Part shown: positions 1-11,770 of the stretch, piece after piece
Layout of the letters: each line of letters opens with the position of its first letter
How positions within the stretch are numbered: the first letter of the stretch is position 1
DNA from: Lingula anatina
Lineage: Eukaryota; Animalia; Brachiopoda
Direction: 5' to 3'
DNA length: 64,000 nucleotides
NCBI GenBank assembly: GCA_051362555.1
Contig: CM120648.1
Span: forward strand, 18,162,587-18,226,586
Program-made: the position numbers and the translations under genes
The notes under the pieces: generated by a model
What the model was told of the DNA's origin: nothing
Seen by the model: the letters and a program-made list of their open reading frames with translations, nothing else
The model's database searches: none

Positions 1-1460
1 TAACAAATTACACCCAAGGCAATAGGTGAGTCTTCATTATAAAAGTCGAAACCCTGCCTGGGTATGTCAACACGTTTTAACAAATTAACACACTCTCCAC
101 CCACACTTTTTGGGCACTACTTTAAATATATACGTTCGCTCCAAACGTACACACCTAGGTCTTTGGTGTTCTACTGTTTTTTCTTTTATGGTAAAATCTG
201 CACAGTTGGCTCTTCATTCTTTGCTATAAAATAAATTAGTTTTATCCTTTACTTTTCTGAAGAGTCTTGATTCAAAGCCACCTCGCCGTGTCTCCTCCGT
301 TTATGGTTTTAGTTCCTTCACCATGGATTTTTACCACTGCAGGCAGTCTGTGAACGCTTGTAAAGTTAGTTACCTTCTCTCGGCCAAATACCCTGCAGTA
401 ATTCATCATTTTGCTCGGTTAAATATGAAAGAAAATACAGAAAACGAAAACTGAACTACAGACATGGCTTGTTCATGCGCAGCAGACGATTCCGGTCTCC
501 CTCCAGTATGGCTGCCGTTTGTTTTGATGACGCAGGCTCTAATGGGTCAATAAAAGACAATAAAACGGCAAATGCGCATTATATTGCGAATATCAATGAA
601 CATAACAGCAGTTGTTATTCATATTTAGTTGGTCTTCTACTTTTAAACACAAATAGGGGCCTATTGCTAAAAAATGGAATAGTCCACTCATTTACCACTG
701 CCTTGATCGGATTATGGAACAAAACGAGAAGTTGCCGCTACGTCGGAGTATCGAAGCGATATTTAGTAGTCTGGTCATTTAAAATGCCAAATTGAAAATA
801 CTGTATTCATTATTATGAAAGAATAATATTGATATTTCTCATTTTATTCTCATCGATCATTCATTTGGCCAGCCTTCAGGTAACAACACCAGTAATGATT
901 CAAAATAAAATCTTTAATTCATGATAACAAAACTAGCAATTAACATTAACAGCTCACACACCACCAACAAAGAGTTTATCGAAAGTGTGACAAATACAAT
1001 AAAAATAAATAAATAAAAAAAGACCGAGAACTCATGTAACAGACTAGTGCTGTGACCTAACAAAGAGATGAATGTATTCAGTTTAACAGCGCTGACCTTT
1101 ATAAAATGCATTAAACCTTTAACTCCATAAAACGAAATCACTGCAATTTATTCTATTATTATACTGTCTCGCAACTCTGTTCACCATATGGAAAAATAAT
1201 GTGCGTTTGTGTTATGTACGTATGTATGTTTATTTTTACGTTGCGTTGTTTGTCACGCACAAGAACATATCACTTGTAGGCCCATGTACTTTTGCGGTAT
1301 AAGTAAGAAAAAAAAAACAATATAAATCTTTAAAAAATATATAAAACAAAAGAACTCAACCAATGTTTCTCCTTTACTGAGGTAAATTCCAGCAGATATA
1401 ACACAGGAAACGTCCAAAAATGTAGTGGTTTAAGCGCAAGTGAAATGTTCTTGCGCGTTA

Positions 1461-1700
1461 AGCCTAGGTCCCAAATACGTTTTGGACGCACGGTTTTTTA
1501 GTTCCTTGCGTCCGGCTAGGACGTAGCTAGATCGCACGTAGCGGCTGTTGATCATGTCGAAAAGTTACTACGTGCTGTTTGCGTCTTCCAAAAGTCGCAC
1601 GATGGATGTGCTCCTCACACACAAACTCCCAAGTTTTTCCCATTTTTTTTTGGCCGTAGACCACACGTAGCAGCCCGTACGTTCGGTTGGGACCTAGGCT
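1461..1700. mobile_element. 240-bp MITE, PIF/Harbinger (Tourist-like)
   Basis: 14-bp perfect terminal inverted repeat AGCCTAGGTCCCAA (1461-1474) / TTGGGACCTAGGCT (1687-1700), flanked by TTA on both sides (3-bp TSD). Confidence 0.85.
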
Positions 1701-3277
1701 TTACAAACAACGCAACGTAAATTTTTTTTCTCTCTCTTCTTCATTCTTATCTTTTCTACGTACGTTTCACCTCCAATGCCCTCTGTGCCTTTCGCTCTCG
1801 TACCTCAGCCTTCTTCCTCTCCCTCTCCACGCCCGCTCTTCTCTTCTCCTCTTTCTCCATTCTTCGCTTATTGCCATCTTCGGCTTATCTCAACCCCCAG
1901 TCACTCACTATAATAAGGCAGTAGTGGACTAGAGCTGCCTCATCAGAGTGACTGAGGGCCAACTTCCCATAACCACCTCCCTTGAGAGCACCTGTGGTAT
2001 ATTTAAGAAAAATAGAAGAAGATACTGGATAGAGATAGTTGAAATAAGAAGTTTTAAAGATAAAACTCCCAGCAAAAGGCGCAAATCTAGTAGGCCCTAA
2101 ATGATTCATAAGTCTATTTTTTTTTTCATCACAACAAAGATCAATCATGTGTCATTTGTGTAGGCCTACCTGAAATATGATTTAAAATGATCGTCTTTGG
2201 CACCTCAAATAGGCCCTATAGGCCTACGAGCCGCCTCTGATATTGAATAAGAGTGGGCCTATAATTTCCTCTTTGACATGCTGAAATTTATCGAGCATGA
2301 AAAAGGTCAGTAACGATTTTTTCTCTCATAATGTCAATACAAAAGTCAACATTAAGTGTTATTTTGTGAGAACAAATTTATTTATTTCACAAGTCGTTTG
2401 TAGCGTTCTCTAGCGGCAGTTTACAGTGAGCAGAAAGCACCCACAGCGATGTCCAATATCAAAGCCATTTTTATGAGATCTTGGAATACTTCAACCTCTT
2501 GAAAGTGGATGTTTTGAAATAATTTCATTAAGCCGAGAACAAGAAATACAAACAATAGGCTAAGGGATGAGGCAAGTTAGGCTACAATACTTATAGCAGT
2601 AAAAGACGACCGTGTTTACGTCCAAAGCGATCGATGTATCTACCCGTAACCAGTATGAAAAAGTTAGAAATCGAGATCGGAAACTGACAGTAACACGTGC
2701 AGACGAAAGCGGACGATAAACGGCTTTAAAACTTGCTTGAATAAACGTAAGTTCATTATTAATTTTATCAAATTTGAGAGCAACGAACTTTCAAACGCTA
2801 ACACTTCTATTGTATCAGGTCGTAACATGCGTCTGCATAGCGCGTTTGATACATTGTAGCAGACGCTTGAAACTTTCGTGGCAACGGGGATTTTTTACGC
2901 TCTGCATGCTGGGTAAAAAGGGCAAACTTCCGGTTTTGTTCCATAATCCGGGGTCGTTCCATAATGTGGGGTCGGGGTCTAATATTGCTTAGTGTAAAAA
3001 CTTCCAAGTCTAAGATTTCATTCTAGAGTTTTATCATGTCTATTAAAAAGTTTTGAAGTGCAAAACGTGTTTGCAAAAATAGTGAAGGTTATGTCAATGT
3101 AGTATTTTTAATAATTATCCATCCATCAACTATTATAGTAGTTTAACTTCATTTACAGCATATTTACATTATATATATCCACTTACTGGTTTGAAAAGCT
3201 TACAAATTTAAGTAAATATTGCAATTTTCATGAAACTTTTAAAGTTTTTTGAGGATGTCTGTCAAATGTGGGTTGAG

Positions 3278-3319
<42 letters not shown>

Positions 3320-4743
3320 CAAAAATTAGCTTTTAAGCTACAATATTCTTAGAAGGTAGCCATTGTGACTGAACATCGTTTTGTTTTTGTCGTTTCACAT
3401 ATTGATTTGGGAAGCAACCGTGTGCTGCAGTCATTGCGTAAAAGAAGTTATTACATACAATGTGTAACAGTGATTTCAGAAATTTTTATCTACAAATTAC
3501 AATTTCTGAACATTCCGTGAATGGGACTCTGCACCAAACAGTTTCAAATTGTCACCTCAAGTTTGTAAAAGCTGCACTTGGTTGGGAAATCTTTTACTTC
3601 ACATTGTATCAACTTATATTTAACATGGACATATCACTAATGAAAGACAGTTTCAAAGTCAGCCATATGAATGTAATAACTTGCATTAATATATTATTAA
3701 CAATTTCATTGTAATAAACCTAGGAAAACTGACAACTTTTTTCCATGCCGTCTAAGACCAACCTCTTCCTAGGGCATGGACACAGAGGGCCATGGAATAA
3801 ATACTACAACAGCATGCTTATAAGCCATCACAATGTTCCAATAGTATTCAATGAATATAAGATAAGGTACAAAAAGCAGTAGGGCTCATAATTGTACATT
3901 AAATACATCTTCACCCAGAAATGTTACAAAATGCTGGTCATCAAGTACAGCTTCTACAAAATTGCAGAAAACATTGTTCTACTGAGGATGATTTGAATTT
4001 AACCTTTTTTTTTTCATTTTATACTTTTAACACTTAAACAACAACCATTATTTTGCCAAATTGGTTATAAATATTGAATATACATTCATCTGGATAAAAA
4101 TGACTCCTTTATCAAATCTACCATTCCACTGTTCTGCATTCATGTGTGCAATCATTTGACACTGTGACAGTAACTCCACTTTTCAATAACCAGTTGTTCA
4201 ATTTTTTTCCACCCAGCTGATAAAATAAATTTACATAGAAAAGCATGACAGTATCAACTGTGCAGCAACAAAATAATTACAATTAGCAGCATTTGACTCT
4301 AAATCAAAATTTTACAGAAAAATTTCCACAGGTAAAGCACTAAAATGTAAAATTATTTTAAATAATTCAAACTTGCATTAAAAAACATTACAATTAAAAT
4401 TAATACCTCTTTAGGTGTCAGAAACATTCACTGATAAAACATAAAAAACTAAAGATAAAAAATACTGATGAACCAGAAGACACCAACTTCTCTCCACAGT
4501 CAACAAGAACGTCAACTCTCACAACAATATACTGGAAATGTCTTCTAAATAATGGTTGCCTAGGCTGAAAAAATGTATCTGCTGTCTCAGTCCTGTAACT
4601 ATTTGATACCTTAACTAAAATGTTCTCAAATTTGGTAAAATTTTTCAAATTAACCCTCAATTGCAAAGGGAATCGCCATTTTTCACATCTCTCTTGTAAG
4701 TGAAATAAAAGAATATGTCATCTCATTGGAAGATGTGGATCTT

Positions 4744-4776
4744 CTAAATGGTCTCCACTGGTCGATGTATTGTTGC
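4744..4776 (-). CDS. DIS3L2: DIS3-like exonuclease 2, terminal coding exon (ATIHRPVETI*)
   Basis: Polypyrimidine acceptor tattctctttccag|GCA; phase 0 continuation of the upstream exon; resembles the AILKRP segment of vertebrate DIS3L2. Confidence 0.75.
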   Translation of the reverse strand, partial: ATIHRPVETI

Positions 4777-5096
4777 CTGGAAAGAGAATACCACAATATA
4801 GCCACAAAATGCTCGGCCACTCAATTGGCTTGTACTGGTAACATTGAATCTACTTTACCTTAAGAACTGTAACATTAATTGCAAACTTAAAACATAATTA
4901 TGGTTGTCGTAATTATATTTTCATTTGCATTGGGTGTACAAGAGTTGACCTATTTTACAATTTGACAAGTATCTCAAACAGCGCAGTGCAAGTTGTACTA
5001 TACTTCAGGTATTTCTAACCAAATGTCCTGTACACAACTCCCTCCCAAAAGATTTGGAATTACATAGTATCTTAAGTCTAAAATCTGAGCAGTCAT

Positions 5097-5256
5097 ACAC
5101 CCACCACACAGAGTTAAATATATATTATAATTATAACTGATTCTTCCTACACCCACCACACAGAGTTATATATATATTATAATTATAACTGATTCTTCCT
5201 ACACCCACCACACAGAGTTAAATATATATATTATAATTATAACTGATTCTTCCTAC
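5097..5256. repeat. Tandem repeat, ~52-bp unit x3 (intronic)
   Basis: ACACCCACCACACAGAGTTA...CTGATTCTTCCT at 5097, 5149, 5201. Confidence 0.95.
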
Positions 5257-5619
5257 TCGCTTTCTGAATGAATTCCCCCTCTAGAGTTACGAGTTACAAT
5301 AAACTTGCACCCTTTCTTGATGACACCCCCTACCCCATTTCAAAGGGCCATCCACGGTTTAATATAATAATTAACATACTTTCTGATTGACGTCTACCCC
5401 CCTTTAGATTTTGGATGAGCCCTCCCACCCTCACCTACTTCAACTGTTTTCACCGAATCTTAAAAAAATGTTCAAATGGTTAACCCAGTGGGCCTTATGA
5501 TTGTACATAAAATGTATCTTTACACAAAAATATTACTGAAACAAATGAAGGTAAAGATCAAAGGTTTCAGATAAAAACTGATACTTCCTACATACTTTTT
5601 GATTGAAATCTAACCCCTT

Positions 5620-5962
5620 TTACATTATTAAGAAACTGCATTATACTAACAATCATCATTCCAGATGACCCCCCCCCCTCCCCACAGGCCTGTTAACAAT
5701 TACTTACATTATTAAGAAACTGCATTATACTAACAATCATCATCCCAGATGACCCCCCCCCCCCTCCCCACAGACCTGTTAACAATTACTTACATTATTA
5801 AGAAACTGCATTATACTAACAATCATCATTCCAGATGACCTCCCCCCCCCCTCAGGCCTGTTAACAATTACTTACATTATTAAGAAACTGCATTATACTA
5901 ACAATCATCATTCCAGATGACCCCCCCCCCCCCCCTCAGGCCTGTTAACAATTACTTACATT
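5620..5962. repeat. Tandem repeat, 82-86-bp unit x4 with variable poly-C; includes the DIS3L2 splice donor
   Basis: TTACATTATTAAGAAACTGC... at 5620, 5704, 5790, 5872; each junction reads AAT|GTAAGT on the minus strand. Confidence 0.95.
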
Positions 5963-6127
5963 CCACTTCAGGGGATGGTCATCAGCTTTAAGAATACACT
6001 GGACATGAGTGAAGATGGTCACTTTCTGGGTGAACTCCCTGGGGTGGTCATCATCTGGGGCCCACACCAGGGTCAGCTCAGGACATTTACGGACCTTCTG
6101 GTAGGAGAAACTGCTCAGTGGAAGTTT
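5960..6127 (-). CDS. DIS3L2: DIS3L2 penultimate coding exon (KLPLSSFSYQKVRKCPELTLVWAPDDDHPREFTQKVTIFTHVQCILKADDHPLKWN)
   Basis: 168 nt, tag|AAA ... AAT|gtaagt; QKV-K-PELTLVW and TIF motifs match the DIS3L2 C-terminal S1 domain. Confidence 0.88.
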
Positions 6128-6561
6128 CTAGAATCACGAAGCAATGGTCTTTATCATATAAAAAGATGTACACAGTTTGCACGTCAGCAATGAAACTGTT
6201 CAAAAGGATGACATCAAAATTTCCCTGAACTTTTTACATAAATTATGCTACAGAAAGTACAAGTAAAAACTATGAAGAGGACAGCAATATATTATGTATA
6301 TATACATGTATAATATAAAGTGACTGAAAAAGTAAGCGATGGCAAACACTTAATACACAGAGACCAGGGGAAGATCCAGAGATATTTTCTGACTGTCTTC
6401 CAAATTATCTTTGGTGATCCATTTTTGATCATATTCTGACAGAAAAAAACCAGATCACCATCAACGTGACAAATTCGGACCATCTACCAGAATACACCTT
6501 AATTCCATCTGCCCCTATAGACAAGCATAGATAAAGTGCCCCGACCCTCCACTTTCCTTAC

Positions 6562-6666
6562 ATCACAGTACACTCTCTTCACCACTCCAAGCTTTAGCAC
6601 CAAAACATCAAAACCCTTGTCCAGGACTCCCATCACCATCCCTTGTTCCTCCAGTGGACCACATTC
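6562..6666 (-). CDS. DIS3L2: DIS3L2 exon ([35 protein letters not shown])
   Basis: 105 nt, ttatttccag|GAA ... GAT|gtaagg; closely resembles vertebrate DIS3L2 ESGPLESEAMVMGIL...FDVLVL...GVQKRIYC. Confidence 0.9.
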
Positions 6667-7745
6667 CTGGAAATAATAAGGTAAGACAAAGTCAGATATA
6701 TCCTGTAACTTGTTCCTCTAGTGGACCACATTCCTGGAAATAATAAGGTAAGACAAAGTCAGATATATCCTATAACTTGTTCCTCTAGTGGACCACATTC
6801 CTGGAAATAATAAGGTAAGACAAATTCAGATATATCCTATATAACTTGTTCTTCTAATGGACCACATTCCTGGAAAAAATAACAGAAGACAAAGTCAGGT
6901 ATATCATATAACTTGTTCCTCTAGTGGACCACATTCCTGGAAATAATAAGGTAAGACAAAGTCAGATATATCCTATAACTTGTTCCTCTAGTGGACCACA
7001 TTCCTGGAAATAATAAGGTAAGACAAAGTCAGATATATCCTATAACTTGTTCCTCTAGTGGACCACATTCCTGGAAAAAATAAGGTAAGACAAATTCAGA
7101 TATATCCTATATAACTTGTTCTTCTAATGGACCACATTCCTGGAAAAAATAACAGAAGACAAAGTCAGGTATATCATATAACTTGTTCCTCTAGTGGACC
7201 ACATTCCTGGAAATAATAAGGTAAGACAAAGTCAGATATATCCTATAACTTGTTCCTCTAGTGGACCACATTCCTGGAAATAATAAGGTAAGACAAAGTC
7301 AGATATATCCTATAACTTGTTCCTCTAGTGGACCACATTCCTGGTAATAATAAGGTAAGACAAAGTCAGATATATCCTATAACTTGTTCCTCTAGTGGAC
7401 CACATTCCTGGAAATAATAAGGTAAGACAAAGTCAGATATATCCTATAACTTGTTCCTCTAGTGGACCACATTCCTGGAAATAATAAGGTAAAACAAAGT
7501 CAGATATATCCTATAACTTGTTCCTCTAGTGGACCACATTCCTGGAAATAATAAGGTAAGGCAAAGTCATATATATCCTATAACTTGTTCTTCTAGTGGA
7601 CCACATTCCTGGAAAAAATAAGGTAAGACAAATTCAGATATATCCTATATAACTTGTTCTTCTAGTGGACCACATTCCTGGAAGACATAAGGTAAGACAA
7701 AGTCATATATATCCTATAACTTGTTCTTCTAGTGGACCACATTCT
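6642..7745. repeat. Minisatellite, 67/69-bp unit, ~16.5 copies, built from the DIS3L2 acceptor plus the first 25 nt of the exon
   Basis: CCACATTC recurs 17 times from 6659 to 7737 at 67/69-bp spacing; a 270-bp higher-order block is duplicated (6659-6929, 6929-7199). Confidence 0.97.
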
Positions 7746-8509
7746 TTAGATATTCTCATCAGATAGATAAGGTGACTTGTGTTTTTAGTGATTTTGAACA
7801 AACCTGCTGAAAATCTACAATGGGACATTCCATGATGCAATTTAGATATTCCCACATTTTATACTAATAGCATTATTTGTGTTGTGATACTCATCTGTAC
7901 TAAAACAATTTAATGACACGTTTAGATGTGTCCTCAGAGAAGTATCTGCTGCTGTTTACAATCATCAGAGCCAGTGTAGACATTCCAGTACTTGTAAATA
8001 TTTAGCTGAAAACAATGACACATAATTAATTAAGACAATCTAGTAGTTGTAAAGTACTTGTATATATTTAGCTGAAAAAAATATCATATACTAATCAAGA
8101 CAATCTAGGAGTTATAAAGTATTTGTATATATTTAGCTGACAATAATATCATATATTAATCAAATATTGAATTGAAAATATTCAAAATACAGACTTGACA
8201 TTTAATATGGAATATTTTTTTCTAAATCATTATTCATCAGTTTTTTTCCTATTTTGCAGACTGATAAATAAAAATAAGGATTAAAATCGTGTTTTAATAA
8301 CTTTCGATAAAATGTTCCATATCATTGCGACATCAGTTCTTTAATTGACTTCGCCAGTGAAGCAAACAAAAATGCATTGCCAATTTAAAGTCATACGACA
8401 ACCATTGAAACGATATTTTGGATCTCCATATCTTCCAAATTATCGTCTTTAAAAGAGTTACACGACTCACAAAGGACCCTCATGTCAGTGTCTAGTCACA
8501 GTAACAGTC

Positions 8510-10202
8510 GCTGCTATGTCTGACGTTATTTTCCTGCTACCAGAGCTTTCAAGAGGCAAGGCATTTCTTGCGATAGTTTTTTTAGAATTTAATCTGGAAT
8601 AAAATTCCAGTCAACGGTTAAAACTTGTCCAATTTGGTTCAGTTTTGTTGTAGGACATGCATGCCGTTGATTATTGACCGAACCACATATTGTCAAAGTG
8701 GTTCAAATATGGCAACTTTTATGACCAAGGTAGCTGCTTATTCATTTGGTTCTGTGAGTTATCTGCTATAAAATGTTCTCTGTGTGAACCAGCAATCTGA
8801 TCGTGCAACCTAAAACTGTTCCTAAGGTGCCCCCTATCAAATGATAGTCAAGTGGTTCCCAGATTATTCCTTCATTTGATCTGGTTAAGGATTTCATCGA
8901 TGACTTCCATTGGTGTTTTGGCACCAATGTGGTATCAACTCCAAATATTGACGCTGTCAATGGCCCTAGTCACTTCAGAAGCGGTACACACCTTGTCGTA
9001 GGCCTCTTCAGGATGTCTGTAAACTCTTTTTTGATCATTTTAGCGGTACTGGCTCCCGTTTCACAAAGAATCTTAAATCCGTAGACGTCTTACTCGAGCT
9101 GGGTGGCCTAGCTAGGTCGACTTAGCTGAAGTCGACTTGGAGTGTTTCACAAAGAATCTAACGTCTTAGCTTGACGTGCTTACCGTAGTCGACGCGCACG
9201 AGAAACTCTTCAAGAAAAGGAGGAGTAAAATTTCAAAAGTTTTACAAGACATGACGTTCCATGGCCTCTTTCGGCCGAGAACGATCATTTATCAACAATA
9301 AAAATCAGCCAAATCACAAACAAAGTTTGTTTTTGAACTTAATTGATAAGTTTAACTTCGATACAACTTCAAAGTAACAGTTAAACTTTAGTTTGTCGTG
9401 GAACACTGCTGAAGGACGTCTAGCGGCCAAAAACAAACAAACACGCGTTCGGCTGGGTGAAGTGGCATTTTATTTTTAATTTCAATATTCCATAAATGTC
9501 AGTGCTATTCAAGGATATTATATCACAATATCTTGAAGGAGGTATGTTCTTTCAAAATTTTTGTTGTTTATGTTCTCATTTACCGAATTTTATTTGAGCT
9601 TGCCGACTTAAGTCTCCTCCCGAGGAGGCTTGACATCGTCGACTTACAGCTAAGAAAAAAACGATGTAAGCGACCTTTTAGATTCTTTGTGAAACGGGAC
9701 TTAGTGACGTAACGACTTAATTACGTTGGTAACCAAGCCCTAAGTCAGGGAAGCCGACTTAAGTTTTTTTGTGAAACGGGGGCCAGGTGAAATCTGACCT
9801 CAATAAAGAAAACAACCCGATTTCAGTGTTCTACCCAGAAACGGTCATGGTCCCCAATTCATTAGAGAAACAGACTACGCTGTTTTGCTGTTTACAGTGG
9901 CTTCCTCAGAGGTCAGATAATATTCTAACCTGCTGAAACCATTTTGGTCTTCGCTGAGCGCCTTGAAAAACGCGTTTTGGTGACAATTTGCCCCTCATTT
10001 AAAACGGACTAGGTGATTTTGGTTTAATTGAAACAGCATTTCCTGAAGGACATTTAGTCCTGTATCCTGGTGGTAAGATATCGATACATTGGACGTGTTG
10101 TCTGTGTGGGTACATAACCCGGGGCATTACTCTATGAAACTGTGCAGACGGTTCCGTTTGGGACAATAATCTGTCTGGCAATGTCTGTCTTTTTCGCGCC
10201 AT
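8510..10202 (-). pseudogene. Tc1-type DD34E transposase, many stops/frameshifts, interrupted by MITE
   Basis: Remnants RVVFFIEVRFHL (VxFSDESRF), KRVYRHPEEAY, SVNIW, LHDQIAGSH (QDDNAxxH), LPW..LPYLNHFDNMW (WP..SPDLNPIENLW). Confidence 0.88.
9052..9783. mobile_element. Non-autonomous Harbinger-type element nested in the Tc1 transposase
   Basis: TIR GCTCCCGTTTCACAAAGAA / TTTTTTGTGAAACGGGGGC; CTG/CAG (CWG) flanks; removing it and 3 bp restores F-H-L-Y-R; internal TIR copies near 9143 and 9680. Confidence 0.85.
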
Positions 10203-11440
10203 TCTGGCACAGCTTAACGATTTTGATAAACAATGCTTAACTTACTTTACGCACTGCAAAACCGACCGCTTGCATGCAAAATTTCAAATTCTTCTATGCA
10301 ATGGTTGCCGACATATGGATACATTTTTGACAGAACCATGCCTCGCCAAAGCCAAGATTTGGGCAGCCCAAAGGAGCACTACCCTATTAAATCACTGCAT
10401 ATTACACAATGCAGCAATGCATCAGACTTTGTAATCAGTTAATTGGTAGAGACACACCTGTCTTCACACTTCTCCAGTCAGATATCTTATATGTGATCTG
10501 AGGTTTTTCAATAAAGAACGCAATTTTACCTAGGTATACCTTTAAAACTGAAATATTCCATATTAAATGTCAAGTCTGTAATTAAGACGCCCTAGCACTT
10601 TTATAGTGATTGTAAATATTGAATCAAAAGTACTAACAATACTTAATTAAGACAATTTAGTAATTGTTAAATACTTGTAAATATTGAACTGAAATTACAG
10701 ACAATGCTTGATAACAGGCAGTACTTGTTAAGTAGTTGTAAAATTTGACTTGAAAATACTGACAATATGAAAGAAGACAGTTTAATACTTGTAAAATTGA
10801 TTTGAAAATACTGACAGTACTTAAGTAATTGTAGAATACCTGTAAATACATAACTGAAAATGCTGATAATACTTAATTGAAAGCCTCTAGTAAATATTTA
10901 TCTGAAAATTCCAACAAAACTTAAATAAGACACTCCTGTAAAGTACTTGTAAAGTACCAGTAAATATTGGATTGTAAAATACTGACAACAGATAGTTAAA
11001 TGTATATACCTCTCTAAATAACTTATTTAATGTGGGTACATATATAATCCAGTTATTACAGTAATCACCTTAAAATTCACATCTTTTGACATGTGTGTTT
11101 ATTTCAATATATAAATTACACACCAGTAAATGTCTTGTTTTCCTCAGCCGCATCTGCTTTTGTCTATAGTGCTGCCTATGCTGTGCTTGCTTCATTAACA
11201 CACAACATCAAATATCTTCATAAATATACGGGCAAGCCAAAGTCACTATAGAATTTAATGCAGATGGAATTTAACCACAGTGAAAAGATGATAGACTGGC
11301 ACTGTGCATGATTAAGACAGTGCTCTAATACTTGCTAAGTAGTTGCAAATAACCATTTTGGTAAGAATTTCATCACAGAAACCATAACAGCCCTCTGATT
11401 CGCAACACATAACAGTTTAAAGTTTGCATTTTAACATTGA

Positions 11441-11770
11441 GATATCAGGCTTGCTCAGTGACTGTGTACATGTGCTGCCACTTACTGGTGACCAATTGTA
11501 CCAGCATGGCACAAGAGGCAGAGGTACTGGTCAGCTGTATGTACCATGGGTAGGGTGTACAGACAGCTATGGTCACATCTTCATTGCTGACTGTTATAAC
11601 CCCAGGATAGTGGCACTGAGTCCACAGGGACAGTTGATCAGATACATTGTCACTAAGGATGATGATAGACTGGTGTATCCTACCTACAGGAGTAGCCATC
11701 AACCCTGCTGACCTATTGGTGGCGGCTGAGGCACAGAGTGAATTGAGGACCTTCAATACTCGAAATAAAA
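11441..11770 (+). pseudogene. NHL-repeat (TRIM2/3/71-like) C-terminal fragment, frameshifted
   Basis: CVHVLPLTGDQLYQHGTRGRGTGQLYVPW..CTDSYGHIFIADCYNPRIVALSPQGQLIRYI, then PTGVAINP in another frame; paralogous to the 63.9-64.0 kb segment. Confidence 0.85.

Larger units (their letters stand above)
8190..10578 (-). mobile_element. Tc1/mariner DNA transposon, full length but decayed
   Basis: 28-bp perfect TIR CAGACTTGACATTTAATATGGAATATTT (8190-8217 / 10551-10578) with TA on both sides; ~1.65 kb after removing the nested MITE. Confidence 0.92.
7985..10990. repeat. Old degenerate ~55-60-bp AT-rich tandem repeat, split by the Tc1 insertion
   Basis: ACTTGTAAATATTTAGCTGAAAA...AATTAAGACAAT-like units at 7985-8187 and again at 10581-10990. 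Confidence 0.6.

Noticed and set aside
3280-3316. Poly-T run as a retroposed poly(A) tail of DIS3L2
   Set aside because: The DIS3L2 exons retain introns and no TSD is visible; treated as a simple repeat
469-4666. Short ORFs of 60-110 aa (and similar ones across 14-31 kb and inside the CACTA copies)
   Set aside because: No recognisable domains, many non-ATG starts, low-complexity composition; consistent with chance ORFs
5975-6193. 72-aa plus-strand ORF
   Set aside because: Antisense to the DIS3L2 exon at 5960-6127
6642-7745. CRISPR-like array
   Set aside because: Units are head-to-tail with no unique spacers, the context is eukaryotic and there are no cas genes; the same applies to 25603-26433 and the 160-bp arrays
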